DNA from: Candidatus Caldarchaeales archaeon
GTDB lineage: Archaea > Thermoproteota > Nitrososphaeria_A > Caldarchaeales > Calditenuaceae
Assembly: GCA_039630085.1 (NCBI GenBank)
Contig: JBCNVM010000007.1
Span: forward strand, 7,742 to 31,741
Length of the DNA stretch: 24,000 nucleotides
Direction of reading: 5' to 3'
Each line of letters starts with the position of its first letter. Within the stretch, counting starts at the first letter, position 1. Made by a program: the position numbers and the translations under genes. Of the stretch, positions 8,226 through 15,576 are shown one piece after another. The notes below the pieces were generated by a model. That model made no database searches. It was not told the DNA's origin and worked only from the letters and a program-made list of their open reading frames with translations.

Positions 8226-9793
8226 GTCACCTCACTCAGGACGAACCTCTCGATTAAGTGATGGAGCACCGATGCGTCCTCCTCCGCGCACGCCGCTGCG
8301 AACGCCGCGGTCACCGCGTTGGAGCCGGTGGTTATGAGCGGGTACTTCGAGAGCTCCCGTGTTTGATCCCATTGGGGGTCTTCGCCGGTTCCGACGACCC
8401 TCGCCGAGACCCTCTTGCGCTCTCCGGTCGCTAGCGCAGGCCCGACCTCCTCCAAGGTCCTCGAGACTGCGTCCACGGGAGCTCCGTACCCGATGATCAG
8501 GTCGAACGCGATCGATCCTGTCTCTGGTGATGCCAGCTCTTGAGTTATCCGCCTGTTCCTCAGCGACGGGTCTATTATCGGATGAACTCTTCCGGCGGTG
8601 AACTCCTCCGACCCGTAGTCAACCACGGTCGCCCCCCTAGAGCGCAGCGGATCGTCTAGCTTCTTCGTCCAAGGCAGCTCCAAATTCGAATAGACCTCGA
8701 TCCCCGCCTCGCTCCACAGGAATGCCGTCTCGGTCGCAAGCGTTCCGCCGCAGTAGAATCCGCGGGGATGACCTCCTCCGTCGACCTTCTCCTTGAGCGA
8801 GGTCACCTCTCTCTCCAGTGCCGAGAGGGCCTTGCTGTAAGCCTGAGGTGAGACGAGAGAGCAGGCCTTCAGCGCGGTCGCGTGGAGTGTGGGGAGTTGC
8901 GGGTGCTCGCTGATCTTCTCCTTGTGTCCGAGAAGGCAGAGCAGCAGGGGCTTGCCGATCTTCGCGTCTTCGAGGACCCGTTTCACGAGTTCCGCATCTG
9001 ACTGCTTGGCCAGCAGCACGATGACCTTCGTGCTCCGGTCTCCGTCGAGGAGCCTCAGCGACTCGCGCGTCATCAGCCCTCCCACGGCTCTGGTCATGTC
9101 GCGTCCTCCCACTCCGATCGCGTGAGAGATGCCCACTCCCATGTCGTGTAGTATGACCGACAACTCTTGGATGCCTGAGCCGGATGAGGCCACTATCCCC
9201 ACCGGGCCCCTGATGACCCTGTTCGCGAACCCGAAGCCCACGCCCCCAATTATCGAAGTCCCGGCCTCCGGCCCCATCACTAGGAGGTTCCTCGCGGCGG
9301 CCTCGCGCTTCATCGCTACCTCCACCTCTATCGGGACGTGATCGCTGAAGACGAAGAGGTTGACTCCCCTCTCGAGGAGCTTGAATGCGACGTCCTTCAC
9401 GTGCTGTCCGGGTATCGATATCGATGCCATTCTTATGTCCGGGTTCTCGTGCAGAGCGTCGTCTATGCTCGCGTATCTGGCGGTCCGGGGCTTCATCTGG
9501 AACAGGACCTCTCTCGCCTTCCTCAGGACGCCTTCCGTCAGCCCGACTCCCTTAAGTGCGATCACGATATCGTTTGGTCCTGCACGGTCGCCCTCCGGCG
9601 TGAGGATCCCCTGCGACCTCAGGAGCTCCTTATTGGCTTCGGTGGCCATGACGACCGCGACCTCGATCACCCCGGGCAGCCTCTTGATCGCCTCGGAGGC
9701 TTCCATCAGCTGCACCGAATCCCGATAAAGGCCTTGCACTACCAAGTTGATTACGTCAGTTGAACCCACAATCGATGCGATCTGAAAGTGCAA
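8222..9793 (-). CDS. fdrA: FdrA family protein (AllF-like; succinyl-CoA synthetase alpha-like fold)
   Basis: LYRDSVQLMEASEAI...VVMATEANKELL; NLLVMGPEAGTSIIGGVGFGFAN; GPVGIVASSGSGIQELSVILHDMGVGISHAIGVGGRDMTRAVGG; strong resemblance to E. coli FdrA as recalled. Exact start uncertain (GTG at 9769 is an alternative). Confidence 0.9.
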   Translation of the reverse strand: MHFQIASIVGSTDVINLVVQGLYRDSVQLMEASEAIKRLPGVIEVAVVMATEANKELLRSQGILTPEGDRAGPNDIVIALKGVGLTEGVLRKAREVLFQMKPRTARYASIDDALHENPDIRMASISIPGQHVKDVAFKLLERGVNLFVFSDHVPIEVEVAMKREAAARNLLVMGPEAGTSIIGGVGFGFANRVIRGPVGIVASSGSGIQELSVILHDMGVGISHAIGVGGRDMTRAVGGLMTRESLRLLDGDRSTKVIVLLAKQSDAELVKRVLEDAKIGKPLLLCLLGHKEKISEHPQLPTLHATALKACSLVSPQAYSKALSALEREVTSLKEKVDGGGHPRGFYCGGTLATETAFLWSEAGIEVYSNLELPWTKKLDDPLRSRGATVVDYGSEEFTAGRVHPIIDPSLRNRRITQELASPETGSIAFDLIIGYGAPVDAVSRTLEEVGPALATGERKRVSARVVGTGEDPQWDQTRELSKYPLITTGSNAVTAAFAAACAEEDASVLHHLIERFVLSEVT

Positions 9794-9804
9794 TATTTAT
9801 ATTA
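9792..9804. promoter_or_regulatory. AT-rich TATA-like element between divergent fdrA-like and cyclase genes
   Basis: aatatttatatta; only strong AT box in the divergent region. Confidence 0.5.
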
Positions 9805-9831
9805 GTGTTCCGAGGCGTGATGATCGCGACC

Positions 9832-10629
9832 ATGTCTGCCGTTGTAGATCTGTCAAAGGTAAAAATATATGACTTATCCCAGCCGACCAGCGCGAGAGCT
9901 CCGCCCTTCATGTACTACCCTCCGTTCAAATGGACGTGGATCAAGAGGCTCGGAGAGCACGGCGTCAACGCGCAGTACATCGAGGGACCGCTTCACACGG
10001 GTACGCACTTCGACGGCCAGCTGCACTTCATGACGGGAGGGAAGGACATGGCCAGCATCGACGTCAGCTACTTCATCGGGGAGGGGATCATAGTTGACAT
10101 CAGCAAGCGCGTCGGCGACTACGACATCTACACAAGCGACATGATCGAGGAGGCGGCGAGGGAGGCAGGCCTCCGGATAAAGCCCGACGACATACTGCTC
10201 ATCTACACGGGTTACAGCCGTTACGCGTGGTGCGGTCCCGAGCCCGACGAAGTGCGGTACATGTGTAAGCACCCGGGCCCCGACATCAGGTTCGCGAGGT
10301 GGTGCATCGAGAAGAGGATCAGGTGGCTCGGCGTCGACGCGATGTCGCAGGACCACCCTCTGAACACCGTCGTCAGGAGGGCGAGGCCCGACCTGGTAGC
10401 GGAGGCCGAAAGGAAGTGGGGAAAGAAGATCGACGAGGTGCTGCCCTGGCCCGAGAACTATCAGGTGATGCACACGATGCTTTTCCCGAGGATGATCCTT
10501 CATGTCGAGAACCTAGGAGGGGACATCGACAAGGTCGTCAACAAGAGGTGCCTGATCATAGCGCTGCCGTTCAAGTTCGAGGGAGGAGAGAGCGCGTACT
10601 GCCGAGTGGTGGCCCTCACCTCGGAATGA
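9832..10629 (+). CDS. Cyclase-family metal-dependent hydrolase (kynurenine formamidase / isatin hydrolase superfamily)
   Basis: YDLSQPTSARAPPF; IEGPLHTGTHFDGQLHFMTGGKD contains the HxGTHxDxxxHf metal-binding motif. Start at ATG 9832 or 9820; the track ORF begins at 9760 by read-through of the promoter. Confidence 0.88.
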   Translation: MSAVVDLSKVKIYDLSQPTSARAPPFMYYPPFKWTWIKRLGEHGVNAQYIEGPLHTGTHFDGQLHFMTGGKDMASIDVSYFIGEGIIVDISKRVGDYDIYTSDMIEEAAREAGLRIKPDDILLIYTGYSRYAWCGPEPDEVRYMCKHPGPDIRFARWCIEKRIRWLGVDAMSQDHPLNTVVRRARPDLVAEAERKWGKKIDEVLPWPENYQVMHTMLFPRMILHVENLGGDIDKVVNKRCLIIALPFKFEGGESAYCRVVALTSE

Positions 10630-10635
10630 GCAGGC

Positions 10636-11898
10636 ATGGAGACGCTTAAGGAGGAGATCGAGAGGGCGAACGATAAGTGCCTCGATCTGATGATGGAGGC
10701 GAGGCCCCTCCTCGTGGACATCGTAGAGGCGCGGAAGGTCATACCCTTCCTCGCGAAGGACAAATGCCTCACGCATGCGGGCCCGCCGATTAGCTGGGAT
10801 AGGGCCAGCGGCCCCCTGAGGGGCGCGATAATCGGAGCCGCGATCTACGAGGGCTGGGCCGAGAACGAGAGAGAGGCGATCAGGCTGGCGGAGAGGGGTG
10901 AGATAGTCCTCGAGCCCAATCACCATCACTCGGCGGTCAGTCCCATGGCCGGCGTCATCTCGCCGTCGATGAAGGTCTTCGTGGTCAGGGACGGTGACCT
11001 GAGGACTTACAGCAACCTCAACGAGGGGCTCGGTAAGGTCATGAGGTACGGCGCCTACTCCCCCGACGTTTTGGACCGCCTCCGCTTCTTGAACGAGGTC
11101 GTCGGCCCCGTTCTCTCCGACGCGGTGAAGGAGTACGTCCGTGATAAGGGGGGAATGGATCTGAAGAGCATAATGGCCCAGGCGGTCCATATGGGCGACG
11201 AGTGTCACAACCGGAACATTGCCTCGACTTCCCTGTTCTACAGAGAGATATCGTCCTATGTTATCGACTCGACTGACAAAGAGACAGCAAAAATTGTGCT
11301 TAAGACGATCGACTCTAACATCTTATTCTTCCTTAACATGGCAATGGCGGCCTGCAAGCTGATGGCCGATAGGGCCCACGGCGTCAAGTACAGCACGATC
11401 GTGACCACGATCGCGAGGAACGGCACGGACGTCGGCATCAGGGTGAGCGGGCTCGGAGACCAGTGGTTCACAGCTCCGGCGACCATACCTAGGGGTCTGT
11501 ACTTCTCAGGGTTCAGCGAGTCCGACGCAAACCCCGACATAGGCGACAGCACGATAACCGAGACAGTCGGGCTCGGTGCGGCCGCTTTGGCGGCGAGCCC
11601 GGCGATCGTGAGGTTCATCGGCGGGGACGCGAAGACGGCGATCGAGATCACCAACAGGATGGCGAAGATCTGTCACGGCAGGCACCGCTACTTCACGATC
11701 CCCTATCTAGAGTTCGAGGGTACCCCAGTTGGGATAGACATCAGGAGGGTTCTGCGACTCGGTCTTCCGCCTGTGGCCGACACGGGCATAGCGCATAGGG
11801 AGGCCGGAGTGGGGCAGATAGGCGCAGGGATCGTCGAGCTGCCGATCGAGCCCTTCAAGCAGGCCCTGAGGAAATACGCCGAGGCCTACGGGATCTGA
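10636..11898 (+). CDS. DUF1116 family protein (YlbE/AllG-like)
   Basis: KCLTHAGPPISWDRASGPLRGAIIGAAIYEGWAENEREA; YSNLNEGLGKVMRYGAY; AQAVHMGDECHNRNIAST; VSGLGDQWFTAPATIPRGLYFSGFSESDANPDIGDSTITETVGLG; DTGIAHREAGVGQIGAGIVELPIEPFKQAL, collinear with E. coli YlbE as recalled. Confidence 0.92.
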   Translation: METLKEEIERANDKCLDLMMEARPLLVDIVEARKVIPFLAKDKCLTHAGPPISWDRASGPLRGAIIGAAIYEGWAENEREAIRLAERGEIVLEPNHHHSAVSPMAGVISPSMKVFVVRDGDLRTYSNLNEGLGKVMRYGAYSPDVLDRLRFLNEVVGPVLSDAVKEYVRDKGGMDLKSIMAQAVHMGDECHNRNIASTSLFYREISSYVIDSTDKETAKIVLKTIDSNILFFLNMAMAACKLMADRAHGVKYSTIVTTIARNGTDVGIRVSGLGDQWFTAPATIPRGLYFSGFSESDANPDIGDSTITETVGLGAAALAASPAIVRFIGGDAKTAIEITNRMAKICHGRHRYFTIPYLEFEGTPVGIDIRRVLRLGLPPVADTGIAHREAGVGQIGAGIVELPIEPFKQALRKYAEAYGI

Positions 11899-11986
11899 AC
11901 ACGACAGCCCTCTGTAGGGCCCTTCGCCAATCGATCAGCCGACCGGAGCCTTAGTCGGACCTCTCGCCGACGAGCAGGGCTGTTCT

Positions 11987-12010
11987 GTGGACCGGGCGGG
12001 ATTCGAGCCC
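11987..12010 (-). other. Partial tRNA 3' end (T-arm 3' side plus acceptor strand and CC), tRNA remnant or attachment-site-like scar
   Basis: Minus strand gggctcgaatcccgcccggtccac matches tRNA-Ala 14185-14208 (gggttcgaatcccgcccggtccac) at 23/24 positions in inverted orientation; no pairing 5' acceptor, D-arm or anticodon arm found beyond it. Confidence 0.6.
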
Positions 12011-12070
12011 AGATTTACTCACCGGCTTTCCTTATTACTCCGAAAAAAGGTAGGTAAGTTCACAGAAAAA

Positions 12071-12080
12071 GTTATAAATT
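12071..12080 (+). promoter_or_regulatory. TATA box for the HAD-like gene
   Basis: gttataaatt centred about 27 nt upstream of ATG at 12104. Confidence 0.55.
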
Positions 12081-12103
12081 TCTACGTGCAAGGGTTTATA
12101 ATA

Positions 12104-12973
12104 ATGAGCAGAGTATTCCATAATACAATCGCCCTCATAATGGATTGTGACGATACGCTGTGTGAGGACACCACTGACGCGTGTCTAAAGCAGATCGGAA
12201 TAGAAGATCCTCTGGAGGACTTCTGGAAAAAGAGAGTAAAACCCAAGGTCAAAGATGGCTGGGACCCGCCACTAGCGTATATGACCGAATTCATAAATGT
12301 GGCCAAGGAAAAAGGTACAAAACTCACAAAGGATTTTTTGAGAAAGTAGGACGAAATCTGAAATTTTATCCCGGAGTTCCAAACTTTTTCGATGAGTTAA
12401 GGAATGAGGTCAAAGCTATTAGCAACGAGTACGAAATCGACATAAGGATTGAGTTTTATGTTATTAGCTCAGGTTTTGAAGAGGTCATAACGGCGAGTCC
12501 TCTAAACTCCTATGTAACCGAAATTATGGATGTACATTTTACATTGATGAAAACGGTCGTGTAATATGCCCGAAATCGATAGTAACGTTTACGGAAAAAA
12601 AAACAAATTTGTGTTCGCGATAAACAAGGGCATTAACAAGATGATTTTACGAAGTGACCCTGGTAGAGTTAATGACACGATAAGTGAGGAGAATAGAAGG
12701 ATTCCCTTCAAGAACATGATCTACATAGGAGACGGACCAACAGACATACCCTGCTTCTCGCTTATCACAAGGAACGGGGGGCGAGGATTAGGAATTATAC
12801 AGCCCGAAAAGCCAGAAAGGGGGGCTCCATTATGGAAAGGACGAAGAATAACTGTGGGACCGTACCGCCCTAATTATGAGCAAGGATCAGACCTCCGACT
12901 TATGATAAAGGCTTTGATAAGAGACATCTCAGCGAGTATTTATGAGGAGTCGAAAATGTCATATCGCCCGTGA
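12104..12973 (+). pseudogene. HAD-superfamily phosphatase-like gene interrupted by three single-base frameshifts
   Basis: Segments MSRVFHNTIALIMDCDDTLCEDTTDACLKQIG (DxDxTL motif), FFEKVGRNLKFYPGVPNFFDELRNEV..RIEFYVISSGFEEVI, DENGRVICPKSIVTFTEK, and NMIYIGDGPTDIPCFSLI lie in frames 2, 1, 3, 2 respectively, joined at T6 (12334-12339), T4 (12537-12540) and A9 (12595-12603). Confidence 0.75.
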
Positions 12974-14134
12974 CATTCATTAACAAATAGATGTCGTCGC
13001 GATCTCGATCGAATAAACCATCATTATTTTATAAAATTCTCGTAGAGCGGAGCACGTTGACCTATCCTGTTAAATACGTAGACGAAACATCGCATACTCG
13101 ACGCATTCGGAAAAATCATTTACACTATTTTATAAAATGTTGAATACAGTATAGAGAGCTAATTTTATTTTAGCATTAGTGACTGATTTTAAGTGTTGTT
13201 TTGTTGATCGCTCTTCCTTTCAGTATACTGGTCGCAGCATTTGGTTAAACCTGTCCGGAGGAAAAGGCAAGTCGTTTCGGTGGCTTCTGGGTTTGGATTA
13301 GCCATGGGGTTGATAGGTGGAATTTTCGGACGCGGGTTGGGCTGCTTACATAGTTTACAATAAGGTCATCTGGGATTATTTCGTTGTTGGCTGTTCATAG
13401 TTTGTGACATTATAATAATTTAGAGAACTACAAGAAAGATCTCACGTCGTCTCAAGCTTGTGGAACGGGAGGTTCGAGGGTAACTGTTCGAGTTTTGACG
13501 GCTCGGTGGGAAATGGTCTGCCGAAGCTGTGGAAACATCCCGACACTAAGCTTTAGAGCGTATAACATCTGTGGTTCAAGGCTCTACATGGAGAGATAGG
13601 TGTAAAATACCCTGTCTGCAAAGGTTCCCTATCCTGCACCACAGAAACCGTTTGAAAGGAAGGACAGAACAGGCTCTTAGAAGAATAGCAGATTGTGTGA
13701 GGAGATTTGGGACACCCGGATAACCCTAAATCGTGTTTCAGTCTCGCTCAAAAAGCTCATCAGAAAGTTCTTGAAATTGATTTTTCTGATTTACGGTAAC
13801 AACCAGCTTTTTCGTTGAGAAAACCTAAACGCTATAGTTGTGAAGATGTCTGTGAATACTGAGAGATGAGGAGGTTGGAGAGGAAAACGCAGTCTCAGAG
13901 GTGCCGAAAAGTGTCTCTGAAGAGCGTTGATCGGGAAGTTGCGTTCGCCTTGCTTCCTGACAGCGACAGTATTATCACTTCGGCGTTGATACTCCTGAGA
14001 AATCTGGCTCGAAATAGTCAACCCGTCACAAAAGGATGTGAGACGAAAAAAGCAGGAGTCATAGGAACGAATTAAGGCGGAGAAAGCCCGATTACATTAA
14101 AACTAAAATTCTCCGAGTGAGAGATGCGATAAGG

Positions 14135-14210
14135 GGGCCGGTAGATCAGCGGTATGATCGCCCGGTTGGCGTCCGGGAGGTCGCGGGTTCGAATCCCGCC
14201 CGGTCCACCA
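14135..14210 (+). tRNA. tRNA-Ala (anticodon GGC), CCA encoded
   Basis: gggccgg/ccggtcc acceptor stem with the G3-U70 alanine identity pair, gatc/gatc D stem, cccgg-ttggcgt-ccggg anticodon arm, gcggg-ttcgaat-cccgc T arm, A73 at 14207, CCA 14208-14210. Confidence 0.95.
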
Positions 14211-14311
14211 ATCCTGTGATGCAATAAGGGTAACCATGAAGAGGGAAAAATAGAGGAGGAACGCTTCGTCGGATTCTCCTCAGAGTTCTTCGGAAGCATC
14301 TGCACCGAAAT

Positions 14312-15391
14312 TTACTCCTCCTCGTCGGGAAGTATCACGAGTGCGACATCCCCGTCGGAGTTCACTAGAGGTACACTCGGAGCCTTTTCCTCAGCGACTT
14401 CCTCTTCAACGATCTCCTCATCGTCTCTCGGTTTTCGCCAACGTCTTCTCAGCCGGAGCATTCTCTCCCTTACTATCTCTTCGAGCCTGCGCAGCTTCCT
14501 CTCAATAGAAAACCCGACCTTTTCCAGAAACAGCGGCAGGCAGGCATTACGTATTCGGATCCTATAACAGTCCTTACTAGACACGCCCCCTCCGATCTCC
14601 ATTGATGTGCCGGCTGGTATGTGTAGGTACGGACCTGTGGACATTATTCCTAGGTCCTCCAACAACTCCTGTGCCCACCTCAGCACATCGACGTTTGTAT
14701 TGTACAGTATTACGCCGCTCTTACCGACACTTCCCTCCGAGTCGAAGAAACCCCGGAGGAAAGCGACCTTTGTCTGTTCATCGTGCTCGACGAACTTCCG
14801 TATTCGTTCGATGTCTCTATCAATAAGAAGCTGGGTCAATATTATGTCCCGCACTCTAACGACATAAAACGTCTTCCCGTCTCTAACCATTTCTAGAATC
14901 GGCGGAGGATCCCTGTTCAGGACTTTCGCCAGCGCCTGTGCGAAGGACATGGCGAAGTCCAGATCCCGGACAATTAGTTGGATCACACATGCCCATTTAC
15001 GTCTATAATGGAGCAGATAGACTGACCCGTCCCCGAAGACCACGCCTATGACATAGGCTAGTTCCGGAGACGGCTCCAGCTCGTCGAGTGACCGGAACCT
15101 CCGACGCTGGGATAATCCCATCCGATAGGGCGACCTCTCCCCTCTCATCCATCTTACTACGGTTGACTGATATATTGTCACCCCGAAGGTTTCATAAATA
15201 ATTTCCACGATCTGTTTGACGCTGTATCCTTGTTCTATCAGCTGTAGGGCTACATGATAAATCTGGATCATGAGGGCTTTGGGTCTCCTTCGGCGCTTTT
15301 TCGTGGTCCCTCCTTTCTTAGATCGTCGGGTCTCGCCTCTCGGGCCAAGAGACGAGACTGCTAAGTCCGGATCCACCAAGCCATCCGACAT
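14312..15391 (-). CDS. Free-standing LAGLIDADG-type homing endonuclease-like protein with N-terminal helix-turn-helix-like region
   Basis: Two LAGLIDADG-like motifs: LAYVIGVVFGDGSV and VAFLRGFFDSEGSVG; basic N-terminus followed by VALQLIEQGYSVKQIVEIIYETFGVTIYQSTVVRWMRG. Shine-Dalgarno-like GGAGGTGA just upstream of the ATG at 15391. Confidence 0.85.
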   Translation of the reverse strand: MSDGLVDPDLAVSSLGPRGETRRSKKGGTTKKRRRRPKALMIQIYHVALQLIEQGYSVKQIVEIIYETFGVTIYQSTVVRWMRGERSPYRMGLSQRRRFRSLDELEPSPELAYVIGVVFGDGSVYLLHYRRKWACVIQLIVRDLDFAMSFAQALAKVLNRDPPPILEMVRDGKTFYVVRVRDIILTQLLIDRDIERIRKFVEHDEQTKVAFLRGFFDSEGSVGKSGVILYNTNVDVLRWAQELLEDLGIMSTGPYLHIPAGTSMEIGGGVSSKDCYRIRIRNACLPLFLEKVGFSIERKLRRLEEIVRERMLRLRRRWRKPRDDEEIVEEEVAEEKAPSVPLVNSDGDVALVILPDEEE

Positions 15392-15400
15392 TTCCTTTCA

Positions 15401-15483
15401 CCTCCGGGGGTCGAACTCCCTTCCCCGAGCAGGAAGAAACCCTCCCGCATGGGCAGGAGGGTCCCCCTGTCGAGGGCCAGACC
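15401..15483 (-). promoter_or_regulatory. Putative structured 5' leader (string of small hairpins) of the endonuclease gene, or an independent ncRNA
   Basis: Complementary pairs: accctcc/ggagggt (15439-15445 / 15456-15462), ccct/aggg (15465-15468 / 15473-15476), ggtc/gacc (15460-15463 / 15480-15483), ttcc/ggaa (15421-15424 / 15432-15435). TATA-like gcttaaattc (minus) near 15494-15503. Confidence 0.35.
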
Positions 15484-15576
15484 ACCTGAGGGGTGAATTT
15501 AAGCCTCGCTAGCGGCGTCGGTCCGAGACCTAGGGAACGGGATGGGCTTTATCCGGCAGGAGCTCGGCGACCGGTC

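Noticed and set aside
9874-10503. 209-aa minus ORF and 10513..11208 minus ORF
   Set aside because: Antisense shadows of the cyclase-family and DUF1116 genes.
11987-12103. N-terminal extension MDRAGFEPRFTHRL… of ORF 11987..12349
   Set aside because: Reads through the antisense of the tRNA 3' remnant and the TATA box; the HAD-like start is better placed at ATG 12104.
12332-12340. Programmed -1 frameshift at GAT-TTT-TTG as the sole explanation of the HAD gene
   Set aside because: Two further same-sign shifts at a T4 and an A9 run are also required, making decay or homopolymer sequencing error more likely than a dedicated recoding site; left open as a test.
13480-13760. Degraded transposase zinc-ribbon suggested by VCRSCGN… and YPVCKG… fragments
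   Set aside because: Cysteine pairs are in short frames broken by many stops and match no family convincingly by eye; needs frameshift-aware search.
14072-14305. 77-aa minus-strand ORF (…GGPGGIRTRDLPDANRAI…)
   Set aside because: Classic spurious translation antisense to a tRNA gene; it spans tRNA-Ala 14135-14210.
15401-15483. tRNA on the minus strand suggested by gggagttcgaccc
   Set aside because: The T-arm does not form a proper 5-bp stem with a TTCRANY loop and no acceptor/D-arm pairing is found.
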